Origin: Candidatus Kaiserbacteria bacterium RIFCSPLOWO2_01_FULL_50_24 | Lineage (GTDB): Bacteria > Patescibacteriota > Minisyncoccia > Phycocordibacterales > UBA2100 | Assembly: GCA_001783335.1 (NCBI GenBank) | Contig: MFLU01000002.1 | Location: 4,948 to 68,947, forward strand | Reading direction: 5' to 3' | Length of the DNA: 64,000 nt | Shown here: positions 17,473 to 26,092 of the stretch, one piece after another | Numbering within the stretch: the stretch's first letter is position 1 | Layout of the letters: every line of letters begins with the position of its first letter | Notes under the pieces: model-generated | What the model saw: only the letters and a program-made list of their open reading frames with translations | The model's database searches: none | Told to the model about the DNA's origin: nothing | Made by a program: the position numbers and the translations under genes

Positions 17473-19167
17473 ATGGTGCAATTAAGTGATGAAAGAAAAC
17501 AGGATGAGCGCCTGGCAGAGTTGCATAAGAGGGAGGAGGAAAAGCTCGCGGAGATGCTCTCTTCAAAGTACGGCGTGGAGTATGTGGATCTCTCCTCCAA
17601 ATCCATTGATACAGACGCGTTACGCCTCATTCCGGAAAAGGAAGCGCGCGAAGCGGAAATCGCGGCATTCCGCAAAATGAACAAGCGCATTATGGTTGCC
17701 ATGCGCGCGCCAGAGCGACAGGACGCCTTGAGAGCAATACAAAATCTTGAGCGGCTTGGTTATGAGACGCGACGATTCATCGTATCGCGCGCATCACTAG
17801 AGCGCGCGTGGAACCGCTACAAGGACCTTTCGTACGCCACCGAAACCGAAGCTGGCGTATTGACGCTCTCCAACGAAACTATCCAAAAAATGCTTACAAA
17901 GCTGAAAACGCTCCGAGACATCAAGCAGCACATAGACGACAGCATTATGAGTAAAGACCCGCACCGCATATCGCGCGTTCTGGAAATTATCATGTCGGGC
18001 TCACTCGCCCTCGGTGCATCCGACGTACACCTGGAGCCGGAGCAAGAAAACGTGCGCATGCGCTATCGGCTTGATGGCGTTCTCGTAGACGTCCTCATGC
18101 TTGACATCCCGACCTACGCACTCATTTCGAGCCGCATAAAACTCCTCTCTGGCCTAAAACTAAACATCAAACACGCTGCGCAAGACGGTCGTTTTTCCAT
18201 TGTGGTCAACGAGCGGGAAATTGAGATTCGCACCTCCATGCTTCCGGGGGCGTACGCCGAGACCATCGTCATGCGCCTCCTTGATCCGGCAACAATCGGC
18301 CTTCCTATGGAAGAACTTGGGTTTGACAAGTACCTCATGGAAATCCTGAATCGCGAAATTCAAAAACCGAATGGCATGCTCCTCAACACAGGACCGACGG
18401 GGTCGGGAAAAACGACGACTCTCTATGCGTTTTTGCGCAAAGTGCACAAGCCAGAGATTAAAATCGTTACCATAGAAGACCCGATTGAATACCACCTTCC
18501 GGGCATCGTTCAAACACAGGTATCGCGCGACTACACCTTCGCGCTCGGCCTGCGCTCTACGCTCCGCCAAGACCCAGACATCATCATGGTCGGCGAGATA
18601 CGCGACGCGGAGGTTGCCTCAACTGCCGTCCACGCATCCTTGACCGGCCATCTCGTATTCTCCACGCTCCACACCAATGATGCGGCAGGAGCGTTTCCGC
18701 GACTCATTGACATGGGCGTGTCCGCAGACATTTTAGGTGCGGCAATCACCGTTGCCATGGCACAGCGTCTAGTGCGGCGGCTTTGCCCGAAGTGCCGCGA
18801 GGCGCAGCCCATAACGGGCGCGAGCGCAAAACTCTTAGCGCCCCTCCTTACCAACATCCCGCATCCAGAAGACATGCCGCAAAATCGGGACACGATGTGG
18901 GTCGCGAAAGGATGCGACGCGTGCGGCGGCATAGGCTACAAGGGACGCGTCGCGGTCATTGAGGTAATTCTCATGGACAGGGCGATAGAAGAAATAGTAC
19001 GCAAAACTTCTAGCGAGCGAGAAATTTGGCGCGCGTCGCGTGCCCAGAAAATCCGCCGAATGGCGCAAGACGGCGCGGTGAAGGTGCTGAAGGGTGTAAC
19101 TTCAGTAGAAGAGCTCAGTCGTGTCGTTGATTTGACTAATGAGGTGATGCTGGAAACGTTGGCGTAG
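17473..19167 (+). CDS. pilB: Type IV pilus assembly ATPase PilB (GspE family)
   Basis: GspE N1 domain, Walker A LNTGPTGSGKTTTLYAFL, Asp and His boxes, and tetracysteine CPKC...CDACGG. Confidence 0.85.
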   Translation: MVQLSDERKQDERLAELHKREEEKLAEMLSSKYGVEYVDLSSKSIDTDALRLIPEKEAREAEIAAFRKMNKRIMVAMRAPERQDALRAIQNLERLGYETRRFIVSRASLERAWNRYKDLSYATETEAGVLTLSNETIQKMLTKLKTLRDIKQHIDDSIMSKDPHRISRVLEIIMSGSLALGASDVHLEPEQENVRMRYRLDGVLVDVLMLDIPTYALISSRIKLLSGLKLNIKHAAQDGRFSIVVNEREIEIRTSMLPGAYAETIVMRLLDPATIGLPMEELGFDKYLMEILNREIQKPNGMLLNTGPTGSGKTTTLYAFLRKVHKPEIKIVTIEDPIEYHLPGIVQTQVSRDYTFALGLRSTLRQDPDIIMVGEIRDAEVASTAVHASLTGHLVFSTLHTNDAAGAFPRLIDMGVSADILGAAITVAMAQRLVRRLCPKCREAQPITGASAKLLAPLLTNIPHPEDMPQNRDTMWVAKGCDACGGIGYKGRVAVIEVILMDRAIEEIVRKTSSEREIWRASRAQKIRRMAQDGAVKVLKGVTSVEELSRVVDLTNEVMLETLA

Positions 19168-19224
19168 TAAACTATGTGCTCCACCGTAGGGGATAATCGT
19201 AGTTCAAAACACAAAGTACAGACT

Positions 19225-19395
19225 TCTCAAAAAATCCAAATTACAAATCCCAAACTCCAAACAAATTCAAATCACCGAAATCACAAATTCAAAACAGACA
19301 TGTCGTGTTTGGTATTTAGAAATTGGAATTTAGATATTGTTTGTGATTTGGTGCTTGGTGCTTGGAATTTTAGCGTTCGTTTGGTTCCTGTGTTT
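19225..19395. repeat. Family A palindromic element, copy 3 (opposite orientation)
   Basis: ...CCAAATTACAAATCCCAAACTCCAAACAAATTCAAATCACCGAAATCACAAATTCAAAAC...TTGGTGCTTGGTGCTTGGAATTTTAGCGTTCGTTTGGTTCC. It starts right after the pilB stop codon. Confidence 0.65.
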
Positions 19396-19425
19396 TGTAC
19401 TCTTTTATTTATTCCCTAACGAAAT

Positions 19426-20286
19426 ATGATCGGTCTTCTTTTGGTCAGCATCTCCACGCTCGCCGAGGAAATTCGAGATTCTCTCGGAAAATACGAAGTA
19501 TCACACCATCTGTCCAATATTTACGCGCTCGGATTTCTGACAAGCGTTGGGGGGCTCATCACCATTCTCGCAATCGGTTTCTTAGCACCAAAAGACTTTC
19601 TTGCGCCCGGTTTCCCAGCGGGATTCATATTCTCCACCGCCTCTCTCCCGACACTTCTTCCCCGTCTCCTCCTAGAGCTTTTTCAGGTACACATAACATT
19701 GCGCGCCCTCGTTGAGGCCGATAGAAGCACGTTCGGTTTTTTGCGCACGCTAACCCTGCCGCTTCTCTTTGCAGTAGACATACTTCTTGGGTATCACATC
19801 GGATTCTTGCAGGTCGTAGGCCTATCCGCGATCATTGGCAGTCTGTTCATACTTTTCGTTAACCACGGATTGAATACGCGCGGTTCGGGGCTCGTCCTTC
19901 TTGGCGCAGTAAACGCGGTCGCGACTATCTCACTCTTTAAATACAACATCACAAACTTCAACTCTGTGGAAACGGAACAGGCTATTTCATTTGCGTTCTT
20001 AACGGTTATCCTACTCTGTGTCGTGATTGCAAAGGGGCAAAACCCATTGCGTCTCGCGTCTCGTCCGCTATCGGTACTGCACATACTCTTAAGCGGTGCC
20101 GGAAGCGTTGTGTTCGGATTCGCTCTCGCCTTTGCTCCCGCATCTGTTATTACCGCGGCAAAGCGGTCACTATCTGTTTTGTGGGCGCTTGTCTCCGGAC
20201 ACGCGTATTTTGAAGAACATCATGTTGTATTGAAACTCGTGTGTTTCGTGCTCGTATCGACAGGTATCGTGTTACTCGTCGTATAA
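19426..20286 (+). CDS. Hypothetical polytopic membrane protein (about 8-10 TM; EamA/DMT-like profile)
   Basis: 286 aa, strongly hydrophobic throughout. Confidence 0.4.
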   Translation: MIGLLLVSISTLAEEIRDSLGKYEVSHHLSNIYALGFLTSVGGLITILAIGFLAPKDFLAPGFPAGFIFSTASLPTLLPRLLLELFQVHITLRALVEADRSTFGFLRTLTLPLLFAVDILLGYHIGFLQVVGLSAIIGSLFILFVNHGLNTRGSGLVLLGAVNAVATISLFKYNITNFNSVETEQAISFAFLTVILLCVVIAKGQNPLRLASRPLSVLHILLSGAGSVVFGFALAFAPASVITAAKRSLSVLWALVSGHAYFEEHHVVLKLVCFVLVSTGIVLLVV

Positions 20287-20339
20287 CGCCAACACCCCGC
20301 TCGGAATGTCAATTGGCATTCGTGGACAGGGTGCTATGG

Positions 20340-20510
20340 TGAAGGGGGAATCCGTAGAGTTCGGGCGAAAGATTCTCTCAGCAAAGCTTTCACATGGAAA
20401 GTAGCAACATACATCTAAGGATGGGGGAAGCACCCCTCCCCTTACGAGGAGGGACTGTCCCGTCCTCGACAAAGTCACTATTGCTGAGAGAATCTTGCGA
20501 CCGATAGCTA
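20340..20510. ncRNA. Candidate structured non-coding RNA (unassigned). A 16 bp perfect long-range stem AAGATTCTCTCAGCAA/TTGCTGAGAGAATCTT encloses 3-4 GC-rich hairpins
   Basis: About 230 bp non-coding gap between two plus-strand genes. Helices were read by eye. RNase P CR-I/CR-V, tmRNA and SRP motifs were looked for and not found. Confidence 0.25.
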
Positions 20511-20574
20511 CACTGCTTTTCAGTATATCATAAACAAACTTGATGTCAACCCCCCCGATAGATGGGGCGCGGCG

Positions 20575-20705
20575 CAGTTAAAAAGTTAAAAGGTAAAAAC
20601 TAAAAATGAAAAACGACAGTTAAAAAGTCAAGGCCGGAGAAGCGTCAGAAAACTTTTAATTTTGCATTGTCGTTTTTAGATTTTCATTTTTAACTTTTAC
20701 TTTTT
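20575..20705. repeat. Family B palindromic element immediately upstream of ruvB
   Basis: GTTAAAAAGTTAAAAGGTAAAAACTAAAAATGAAAAACGACAGTT...AACTTTTAATTTTGCATTGTCGTTTTTAGATTTTCATTTTTAACTTTTACTTTTT. Confidence 0.55.
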
Positions 20706-21719
20706 ATGTCCTCCCCTCCAAAAGACCGCATATCAATGCGCTCTTTAGATAATGCCCTCCGCCCCGCACTTTGGGGCGAGTATGTCGGGCAAAAAACCAT
20801 AAAAGAAAACCTGCGCATCCTCCTTACAGCGGCGAAGGGAAGACGTCATCAACCGGAACACGTGCTCCTGTATGGCCCGCCGGGGCTGGGAAAAACAACT
20901 CTCGCGCACTTGATAGCGCGCGAGATTGGCTCGTCGCTTCGCTCTACCTCCGGTCCCGCCATTGAGCGTGTGGGAGACCTCGCGTCTATTCTCACCAATC
21001 TGTCTCCGGGCAACGTCTTGTTCATAGACGAAGCGCACCGCCTCAACCGAGCGATAGAAGAAGTGCTCTACCCGGCCATGGAGGCTGGAATGCTTGATAT
21101 CGTTATAGGCAAAGGTCCATCGGCGCGCACGGTGCAATTGGAGCTCCCCGCTTTCACGCTGATTGCCGCGACAACGCGCATCTCCATGCTCTCCGGCCCT
21201 TTGCGCAGCCGTTTTTCGGGCGGCGTATTCCGTCTTTCATACTACACAGACAACGAAATTGCAGAGGTGCTTCTGCGCTCTGCAAAAATTCTAGAGATTC
21301 CGGCAGACGCCGACTCAGTGAGGGAGATCGCGCGGCGAAGCCGCGCGACGCCGCGCACGGCCAACTACCTGCTGAAACGCGCGCGCGATTTTGCGGAAGT
21401 TTCTGGTACTCCCCTCAATGCCGACACGGTTCGCAAAGCTCTCGCGCTTTTGGAAATAGATGAGGCGGGACTCAACCAAACCGACCGAGACATTCTCACT
21501 ATAATCGTGGATAAATTTAATGGCGGACCGGTAGGCTTAAAAACCGTCGCGGCGTCGCTCTCCGAAGAGGAGGAGACGATAGAAGAGGTGCATGAGCCCT
21601 ACCTTATGCAGTGTGGATTACTGGAACGTACGCCACGAGGGCGAGCGGTAACGAAAAAAGGATACCTGCACATCGGCGTCCCGCTTCCTGTTCAACCCGA
21701 ACCGAAACTTTTGTTGTGA
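20706..21719 (+). CDS. ruvB: Holliday junction DNA helicase RuvB
   Basis: AAA+ Walker A LLYGPPGLGKTTLAHLIA, sensor motifs and a C-terminal winged helix. 337 aa. Confidence 0.9.
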   Translation: MSSPPKDRISMRSLDNALRPALWGEYVGQKTIKENLRILLTAAKGRRHQPEHVLLYGPPGLGKTTLAHLIAREIGSSLRSTSGPAIERVGDLASILTNLSPGNVLFIDEAHRLNRAIEEVLYPAMEAGMLDIVIGKGPSARTVQLELPAFTLIAATTRISMLSGPLRSRFSGGVFRLSYYTDNEIAEVLLRSAKILEIPADADSVREIARRSRATPRTANYLLKRARDFAEVSGTPLNADTVRKALALLEIDEAGLNQTDRDILTIIVDKFNGGPVGLKTVAASLSEEEETIEEVHEPYLMQCGLLERTPRGRAVTKKGYLHIGVPLPVQPEPKLLL

Positions 21720-21877
21720 GCGCCCTAACACTGTGGATGGTGGGTGAATAATGGTGTTTCCGTGTAGCGCCCTTCAATACGTATACTCACCCTGTGTGCG
21801 GGTTATACACACAACGCCATCCAGGATATGCCAATCGGAACTATAATGAAATGCATATTAGTCTAATAGATTAAAAA

Positions 21878-22099
21878 ATGTGTATGGACCAAAAATTACT
21901 CGTGGGTGTTGCTGTTGGGCTCGTTGTTGGAGCTATTGGTGGGTATCTTATCGGCGGGAGCCAACCCGCCCCCGCCAGCGAAGGGGTGGCGAGTGAGGAG
22001 GGGGGGGCGGTGAATCCGTTTGAAAACGTTACCGCAAATCCACTTGAGAACGTGCGGACGAACCCTCTCCAGAACGTAAAGCTTAATCCGTTTGAATAA
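21878..22099 (+). CDS. Small membrane protein with NP[FL][EQ]NV octapeptide repeats
   Basis: N-terminal TM helix (LLVGVAVGLVVGAIGGYLIG), then AVNPFENVT-ANPLENVRT-NPLQNVKL-NPFE. It lies 17 nt upstream of the Cys-repeat protein gene. Confidence 0.4.
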   Translation: MCMDQKLLVGVAVGLVVGAIGGYLIGGSQPAPASEGVASEEGGAVNPFENVTANPLENVRTNPLQNVKLNPFE

Positions 22100-22116
22100 T
22101 ATTCCGACTCGCCATT

Positions 22117-24120
22117 ATGACACTAAGAATTTTTGGTGCGACCACTCTCGCCGTGTTCGCATTTGCACTTTTCGGCGCGGGAATAGCATTCGCGCAAGAA
22201 GACACCGTAACGTTTCCCGTTCCGGAACTCGGGAACTGTGAATCAAAAGAGCAGTGCAAGGCGTATTGCGACAATCCGGACAACGTGCAGCAGTGTATTA
22301 ACTTCGCGGAAGCGCATGGTCTGATGTCTAAAGAGGACGTTGAGGTTGCGCGCAAGGTGGGATCGGACACGGGTCCAGGAGGGTGTCGCGGACAAGAATG
22401 CAGAGCGTACTGCGAGAACCCCGACCACGGGGAAGAGTGTCTCGCGTTCGCAGAAGAACGTGGGCTACTTCCGCCGGAAGAGTTGCGTGTAGCCAGACAA
22501 GTTATCAGGGAGGGCGGTCCCGGCGGATGCCGTAATGAGGTGCAGTGCAGAAGCTACTGCGACGCCGACGGCCACTTTGAAGAATGTATTGCGTTTGCAG
22601 AACAACATAATCTCATCCCCCCGGAAGAGCTCGCCATGGCAAAGAAGATGGGCAACAAGCCGGGCCCTGGCGGGTGCCGCAGAGAAGAGTGCCGCACATA
22701 CTGCGAAAATCCTGATCACATGACGGAGTGTATCGCGTTCGCCGAAGAGAACGGCTTGATATCTCCCGAGGAAGCGCAGATGGCCAAGAAAATGGGAAAC
22801 AAGCCGGGGCCGGGCGGATGCCGCGGAGAGGCGTGTCGCACATACTGCGAAGACGAGTCGCACATGGACGAGTGTATGGCATTCGCCATTGAGAACGGGA
22901 TGATGAAACCGGAAGAAGTAGAGATGGCGAAAAAAATGATGAGTCAGGGAGGACCGGGAGGATGTCGCGGACGGGAGTGCCAAACGTACTGCGAAAACCC
23001 AGAACATCAGGAAGCGTGTATGTCATTCGCCGTTGATAACGGCATGATGAAACCGGAAGAAGTAGAGATGGCGAAAAAAATGATGAGTCAGGGAGGACCG
23101 GGAGGATGTCGCGGACGGGAGTGCCAGACATATTGTGACGACCCTGCACATAATGAGGAGTGTTTTGCGTTCGCGGAACAAAACGGCCTAATCTCTCCTG
23201 AACAAGCACAGCAGGCGCGAAAGTTCCAGGAAGTTGGCGGTCCCGGCGGATGCAAGGGACAAGAATGCAGAACGTACTGTGAAGGCCCGGAACACATGCA
23301 AGAATGTATGGCGTTTGCGCAAGAACAGGGTTTTGGACCTCCTCCGGGCGAACATGGCGGCGAATTTGGAGGACCGCCCGGTGGGATGCCGTGCGGGAGC
23401 CCAGAAGAATGTGAAAAGATGTTCCGTGAGGGCGGTATGCCGCAAGGCGGAGAATTCGGGCCCGGACGTCTTCCGGGGCAAGCCGACTTCGGGCAAGACC
23501 GAGCAATGGACATGCGCGAGTTTGAAACACCGCCCGGATTTGAGCATCGCGGGGAATTCGGACCACAAGGAGAATTCGGCGGAGAGACGCCCTGTGCTTC
23601 ACCGGAGGAATGTCAACGAATGTTCAGTGAACACGGTGACTCTCCAGAGGGATTCGAACAGCAGTTTAATCAACAGTACCAAGAAGAATACCAGAAACAA
23701 TATGATATGCAGAGGCAAGAATTTCAGCAAGACGGAGCACAGTACCAACAAGACGGTATGAACTTCCAGCAGGACGGAACGCAGTACCAGCAGAGCGGCA
23801 CACAATATCAACAGACACAAACGGGTACATACGGCGATTCGCATCAAATGACGCCGGAGCAACAGCAACAGTATCAATCGGGAACCTACACACAACCCTC
23901 GTCTGGTTCGTACGACGGTGGTTCATATCAACAACCAACTTCAGGTTCGTACACGCCATCCTCCTCAGACGGTGGTTCTTATCAGCAACCGTCCGGATCT
24001 TATAGCCCACCTCCCTCGGGAGACTCCGGAGGGTCTATGCAGCCACCCCCAGGACCAACGTCTTCTAACTTTGTAGCGGCGGTTGTCTACGCATTCCAAC
24101 TGCTGTTCGGATTACGGTAA
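22117..24120 (+). CDS. Secreted protein with eight tandem roughly 48-aa Cys4/His repeats and a Q/Y/S/G-rich low-complexity C-terminus
   Basis: Signal peptide MTLRIFGATTLAVFAFALFGAGIAFAQ. Repeat unit C[RK]GxECRxYCE[ND]P[DE]HxxEC[IM]AFAExxG[LM][IM]xPEExxMAKKMxxxxGPGG, eight times. The tail runs QQYQ..QQDG..GSYQQP. Confidence 0.65.
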   Translation: MTLRIFGATTLAVFAFALFGAGIAFAQEDTVTFPVPELGNCESKEQCKAYCDNPDNVQQCINFAEAHGLMSKEDVEVARKVGSDTGPGGCRGQECRAYCENPDHGEECLAFAEERGLLPPEELRVARQVIREGGPGGCRNEVQCRSYCDADGHFEECIAFAEQHNLIPPEELAMAKKMGNKPGPGGCRREECRTYCENPDHMTECIAFAEENGLISPEEAQMAKKMGNKPGPGGCRGEACRTYCEDESHMDECMAFAIENGMMKPEEVEMAKKMMSQGGPGGCRGRECQTYCENPEHQEACMSFAVDNGMMKPEEVEMAKKMMSQGGPGGCRGRECQTYCDDPAHNEECFAFAEQNGLISPEQAQQARKFQEVGGPGGCKGQECRTYCEGPEHMQECMAFAQEQGFGPPPGEHGGEFGGPPGGMPCGSPEECEKMFREGGMPQGGEFGPGRLPGQADFGQDRAMDMREFETPPGFEHRGEFGPQGEFGGETPCASPEECQRMFSEHGDSPEGFEQQFNQQYQEEYQKQYDMQRQEFQQDGAQYQQDGMNFQQDGTQYQQSGTQYQQTQTGTYGDSHQMTPEQQQQYQSGTYTQPSSGSYDGGSYQQPTSGSYTPSSSDGGSYQQPSGSYSPPPSGDSGGSMQPPPGPTSSNFVAAVVYAFQLLFGLR

Positions 24121-24195
24121 GCGGAAGAACAGAGGATCAACAACTCCAGCGTGCTGGAGTTGTTGCATTCGCATATTTCCACTATCCTTGTTGTT

Positions 24196-24726
24196 ATGTC
24201 CGGACACAGTAAGTGGTCTCAAATAAAGCGACAGAAGGGCGCAAACGATACGGCGCGAAGCGCGGCATTCGGAAAGCTTGCGCGGCGTATTGCCGTGGAA
24301 GCAAAAAAGGCCGCGGGCGATCTCGCCTCCCCGGGACTTCACGCGGCAATGGAGAAGGCGAAACAGGACAATATGCCGAAAGAAAACATTGAGCGCGCAA
24401 TCGCTCGGGGCACCACAGCCGATGCGAGCGCGCTCGAATCGGTCGTCTACGAAACATACGGTCCGGGCGGCGCCGCCATCGTCATTGACGCCATAACCGA
24501 TAGTAGGAACAGAACGTCAGCAGAAATAAAACATCTACTCTCTAAAAACGGCCTTGCTCTCTCCGAAACCGGAAGCGCGCTCTGGGCGTTTGAGAGAAAA
24601 GCCGAGGGATTCGAGCCGAAAACTACCGTGAAGCTCTCACCCGAGGATGACAAAAAACTCATGGTGATTCTCGGAGAGATAGACGCATATGACGACGTGG
24701 AAGAGGTATATACAAACGCGGCATAG
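24196..24726 (+). CDS. yebC: YebC/PmpR-family transcriptional regulator (short form)
   Basis: MSGHSKWSQIKRQKGANDTARSAAFGKL N-terminus is diagnostic of the family. At about 177 aa it is shorter than the E. coli protein. It sits adjacent to ruvC, as in many bacteria. Confidence 0.75.
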   Translation: MSGHSKWSQIKRQKGANDTARSAAFGKLARRIAVEAKKAAGDLASPGLHAAMEKAKQDNMPKENIERAIARGTTADASALESVVYETYGPGGAAIVIDAITDSRNRTSAEIKHLLSKNGLALSETGSALWAFERKAEGFEPKTTVKLSPEDDKKLMVILGEIDAYDDVEEVYTNAA

Positions 24727-24788
24727 CCGCGTTCGTAAGTGAAAAATGAAAAAGTAAAAATGAAAAATGACAGTGTAAAATTAAAAAT

Positions 24789-25289
24789 ATGAAAATTCTG
24801 GGAATAGACCCGGGGTATGGAAGATGTGGAATTGCGGTAGTAGAAAAAGAAAACGGTAGGGAGACGCTTCTCCACTCCGCGTGCATTGAAACATCCGCGA
24901 AAAAAGAATTTCCAGAGCGCCTCGCGAAAGTGATAAAAGAATGTTCACTGCTCATAAAAAAACACCGACCGGATGTCATGGCGCTGGAAAAACTGTTTTT
25001 CACTAAAAACCAGAAAACGGCGATGCGCGTCGCGGAAGTGCGCGGTGCGATAATTTCTGAAGCCACAAAGCACAGCCTCCCCGTTCACGAGTACACGCCA
25101 AACGAGATAAAAAGCGCCGTTGCGAGCTCGGGAAACGCGAGCAAACAACAGGTCGCCGCGATGCTTAAACTGCTTTTGAAAATAGAAAAAGAAGTAAAGT
25201 ATGACGACGAGTGGGATGCCATAGCAGTGGCCATGACACACCTTGCAGTAGATCGCGCGACGACGCCCCGCACCAAAAATCTCACTTAG
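24789..25289 (+). CDS. ruvC: Crossover junction endodeoxyribonuclease RuvC
   Basis: MKILGIDPGYGRCGIAVVE N-terminus, catalytic acidic residues and a C-terminal DEWDAIAVA motif. Confidence 0.9.
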   Translation: MKILGIDPGYGRCGIAVVEKENGRETLLHSACIETSAKKEFPERLAKVIKECSLLIKKHRPDVMALEKLFFTKNQKTAMRVAEVRGAIISEATKHSLPVHEYTPNEIKSAVASSGNASKQQVAAMLKLLLKIEKEVKYDDEWDAIAVAMTHLAVDRATTPRTKNLT

Positions 25290-25362
25290 TACGCAAACGC
25301 CCCGTTTTGGAGTTTTTATAAAATGCAAATAAACCTCAGACATGGGGAGTCCGTTGATTTTG

Positions 25363-25545
25363 ATGCGGGGTAAAAGTGGGACGCAATTGCGGTTGCCCTC
25401 ACACACTGCACAAGAGCAAGATAACTCCATCAAGGTCCGGCCTTGATAAAGTATGCGGGGTAAAAGTGGGACGCAATTGCGGTTGCCCTCACACACTGCA
25501 CAAGAGCAAGATAACTCCATCAAGGTCCGGCCTTGATAAAGTACG
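25363..25545. repeat. Two-unit tandem direct repeat of about 90 bp (near-perfect), each unit carrying GCAATTGC and CAAGG-TCCGG-CCTTG palindromes
   Basis: ATGCGGGGTAAAAGTGGGACGCAATTGCGGTTGCCCTCACACACTGCACAAGAGCAAGATAACTCCATCAAGGTCCGGCCTTGATAAAGT, read twice in tandem. Confidence 0.8.
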
Positions 25546-25575
25546 AGTAACAGTGTTAGGAAACATTTGTGGGGG

Positions 25576-25603
25576 TTGACATGTAAATCGAACGGGTTAC
25601 AAT
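25576..25603 (+). promoter_or_regulatory. Consensus sigma70-type promoter (TTGACA - 16 bp - TACAAT)
   Basis: TTGACA at 25576-25581 and TACAAT at 25598-25603, about 40 bp upstream of the small ORF start. Confidence 0.5.
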
Positions 25604-25641
25604 GCTCGTTGGTAAGGTGTAAACGGAAACACAACACAAGG

Positions 25642-25971
25642 ATGGGAAAGATCATGCCAAAGTCCGTTCAAGTAAAATTGACGACTAGGTCAGTATTCCT
25701 CTTCATGGAGGGAAGCCCGGAGCTCGGGATTGGGCAACGGGTTGCGCACGAGGCGATGAGGCACCTGTGCGAGCAGACGAGCCTTCCTGTTGTGGATGGC
25801 GATGGGAAAGTCACCGGACACATTCCTGGAGACGTGGTGTTTGTCGGCAGTGTAGTCGTGGGTGAGAACGGCCTCCCCTACTTCCAGCCGGCGCGCGTCC
25901 GCCTCGCTGCCGTAGAGGCGATTATGGGTAAGGACGGATGGGAACGTCCGTCGAGGAAACACTGGGAATGA
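25642..25971 (+). CDS. Hypothetical small protein (about 106-110 aa), no recognisable family
   Basis: The ORF follows the consensus promoter and is followed by a strong intrinsic terminator. MGKIMPKSVQVKLTTRSVFLFMEGSPELGIGQRVAHEAMRHL... An alternative start at 25654 (MPKS) is possible. Confidence 0.45.
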   Translation: MGKIMPKSVQVKLTTRSVFLFMEGSPELGIGQRVAHEAMRHLCEQTSLPVVDGDGKVTGHIPGDVVFVGSVVVGENGLPYFQPARVRLAAVEAIMGKDGWERPSRKHWE

Positions 25972-25978
25972 GGCCCAC

Positions 25979-26030
25979 GCGCCGCAATGATTGTTCTGTT
26001 CGGAACAATCATTGCGGCGCGCTTTTCTGT
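25979..26030 (+). terminator. Rho-independent terminator (18 bp perfect stem GCGCCGCAATGATTGTTC / GAACAATCATTGCGGCGC, loop TGTTCG, then GCTTTTCTGTG)
   Basis: Stem and the downstream T-tract were read directly. It overlaps the spurious 5' extension of the PBP ORF. Confidence 0.6.
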
Positions 26031-26092
26031 GTGATAACGTTTCGCTACTATTAGAGCATGCTCTCTGGAGGTACAATTACTACATTGTGACC

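Noticed and set aside
20290-20520. RNase P RNA, tmRNA, SRP RNA or 6S RNA. I also asked this for 48925-49360.
   Set aside because: I looked by eye for RNase P CR-I (GGAAAGUCCGGGCUCC) and CR-V (ACAGAACCCGGCUUA), the tmRNA tRNA-like ends, and SRP domain IV motifs on both strands and found no convincing match. They are reported only as unassigned structured regions.
22465-23602. Long antisense ORFs (180-329 aa) inside the Cys-repeat protein gene.
   Set aside because: They are an artefact of the eight tandem DNA repeats keeping frames open. The sense-strand product has a signal peptide and coherent repeat structure.
25363-25545. Possible CRISPR array. The same question applies to the tandem repeats at 28606-28680, 36149-36274 and 48912-49124.
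   Set aside because: Each has only two repeat units. The repeats are 36-90 bp with no unique spacers of uniform length between them, and no cas genes are present in the window.
25991-26092. 5' extension of the PBP ORF (MFCSEQ...).
   Set aside because: It overlaps the intrinsic terminator hairpin of the upstream cassette. The TM-containing true N-terminus starts at MFRHVQRR.
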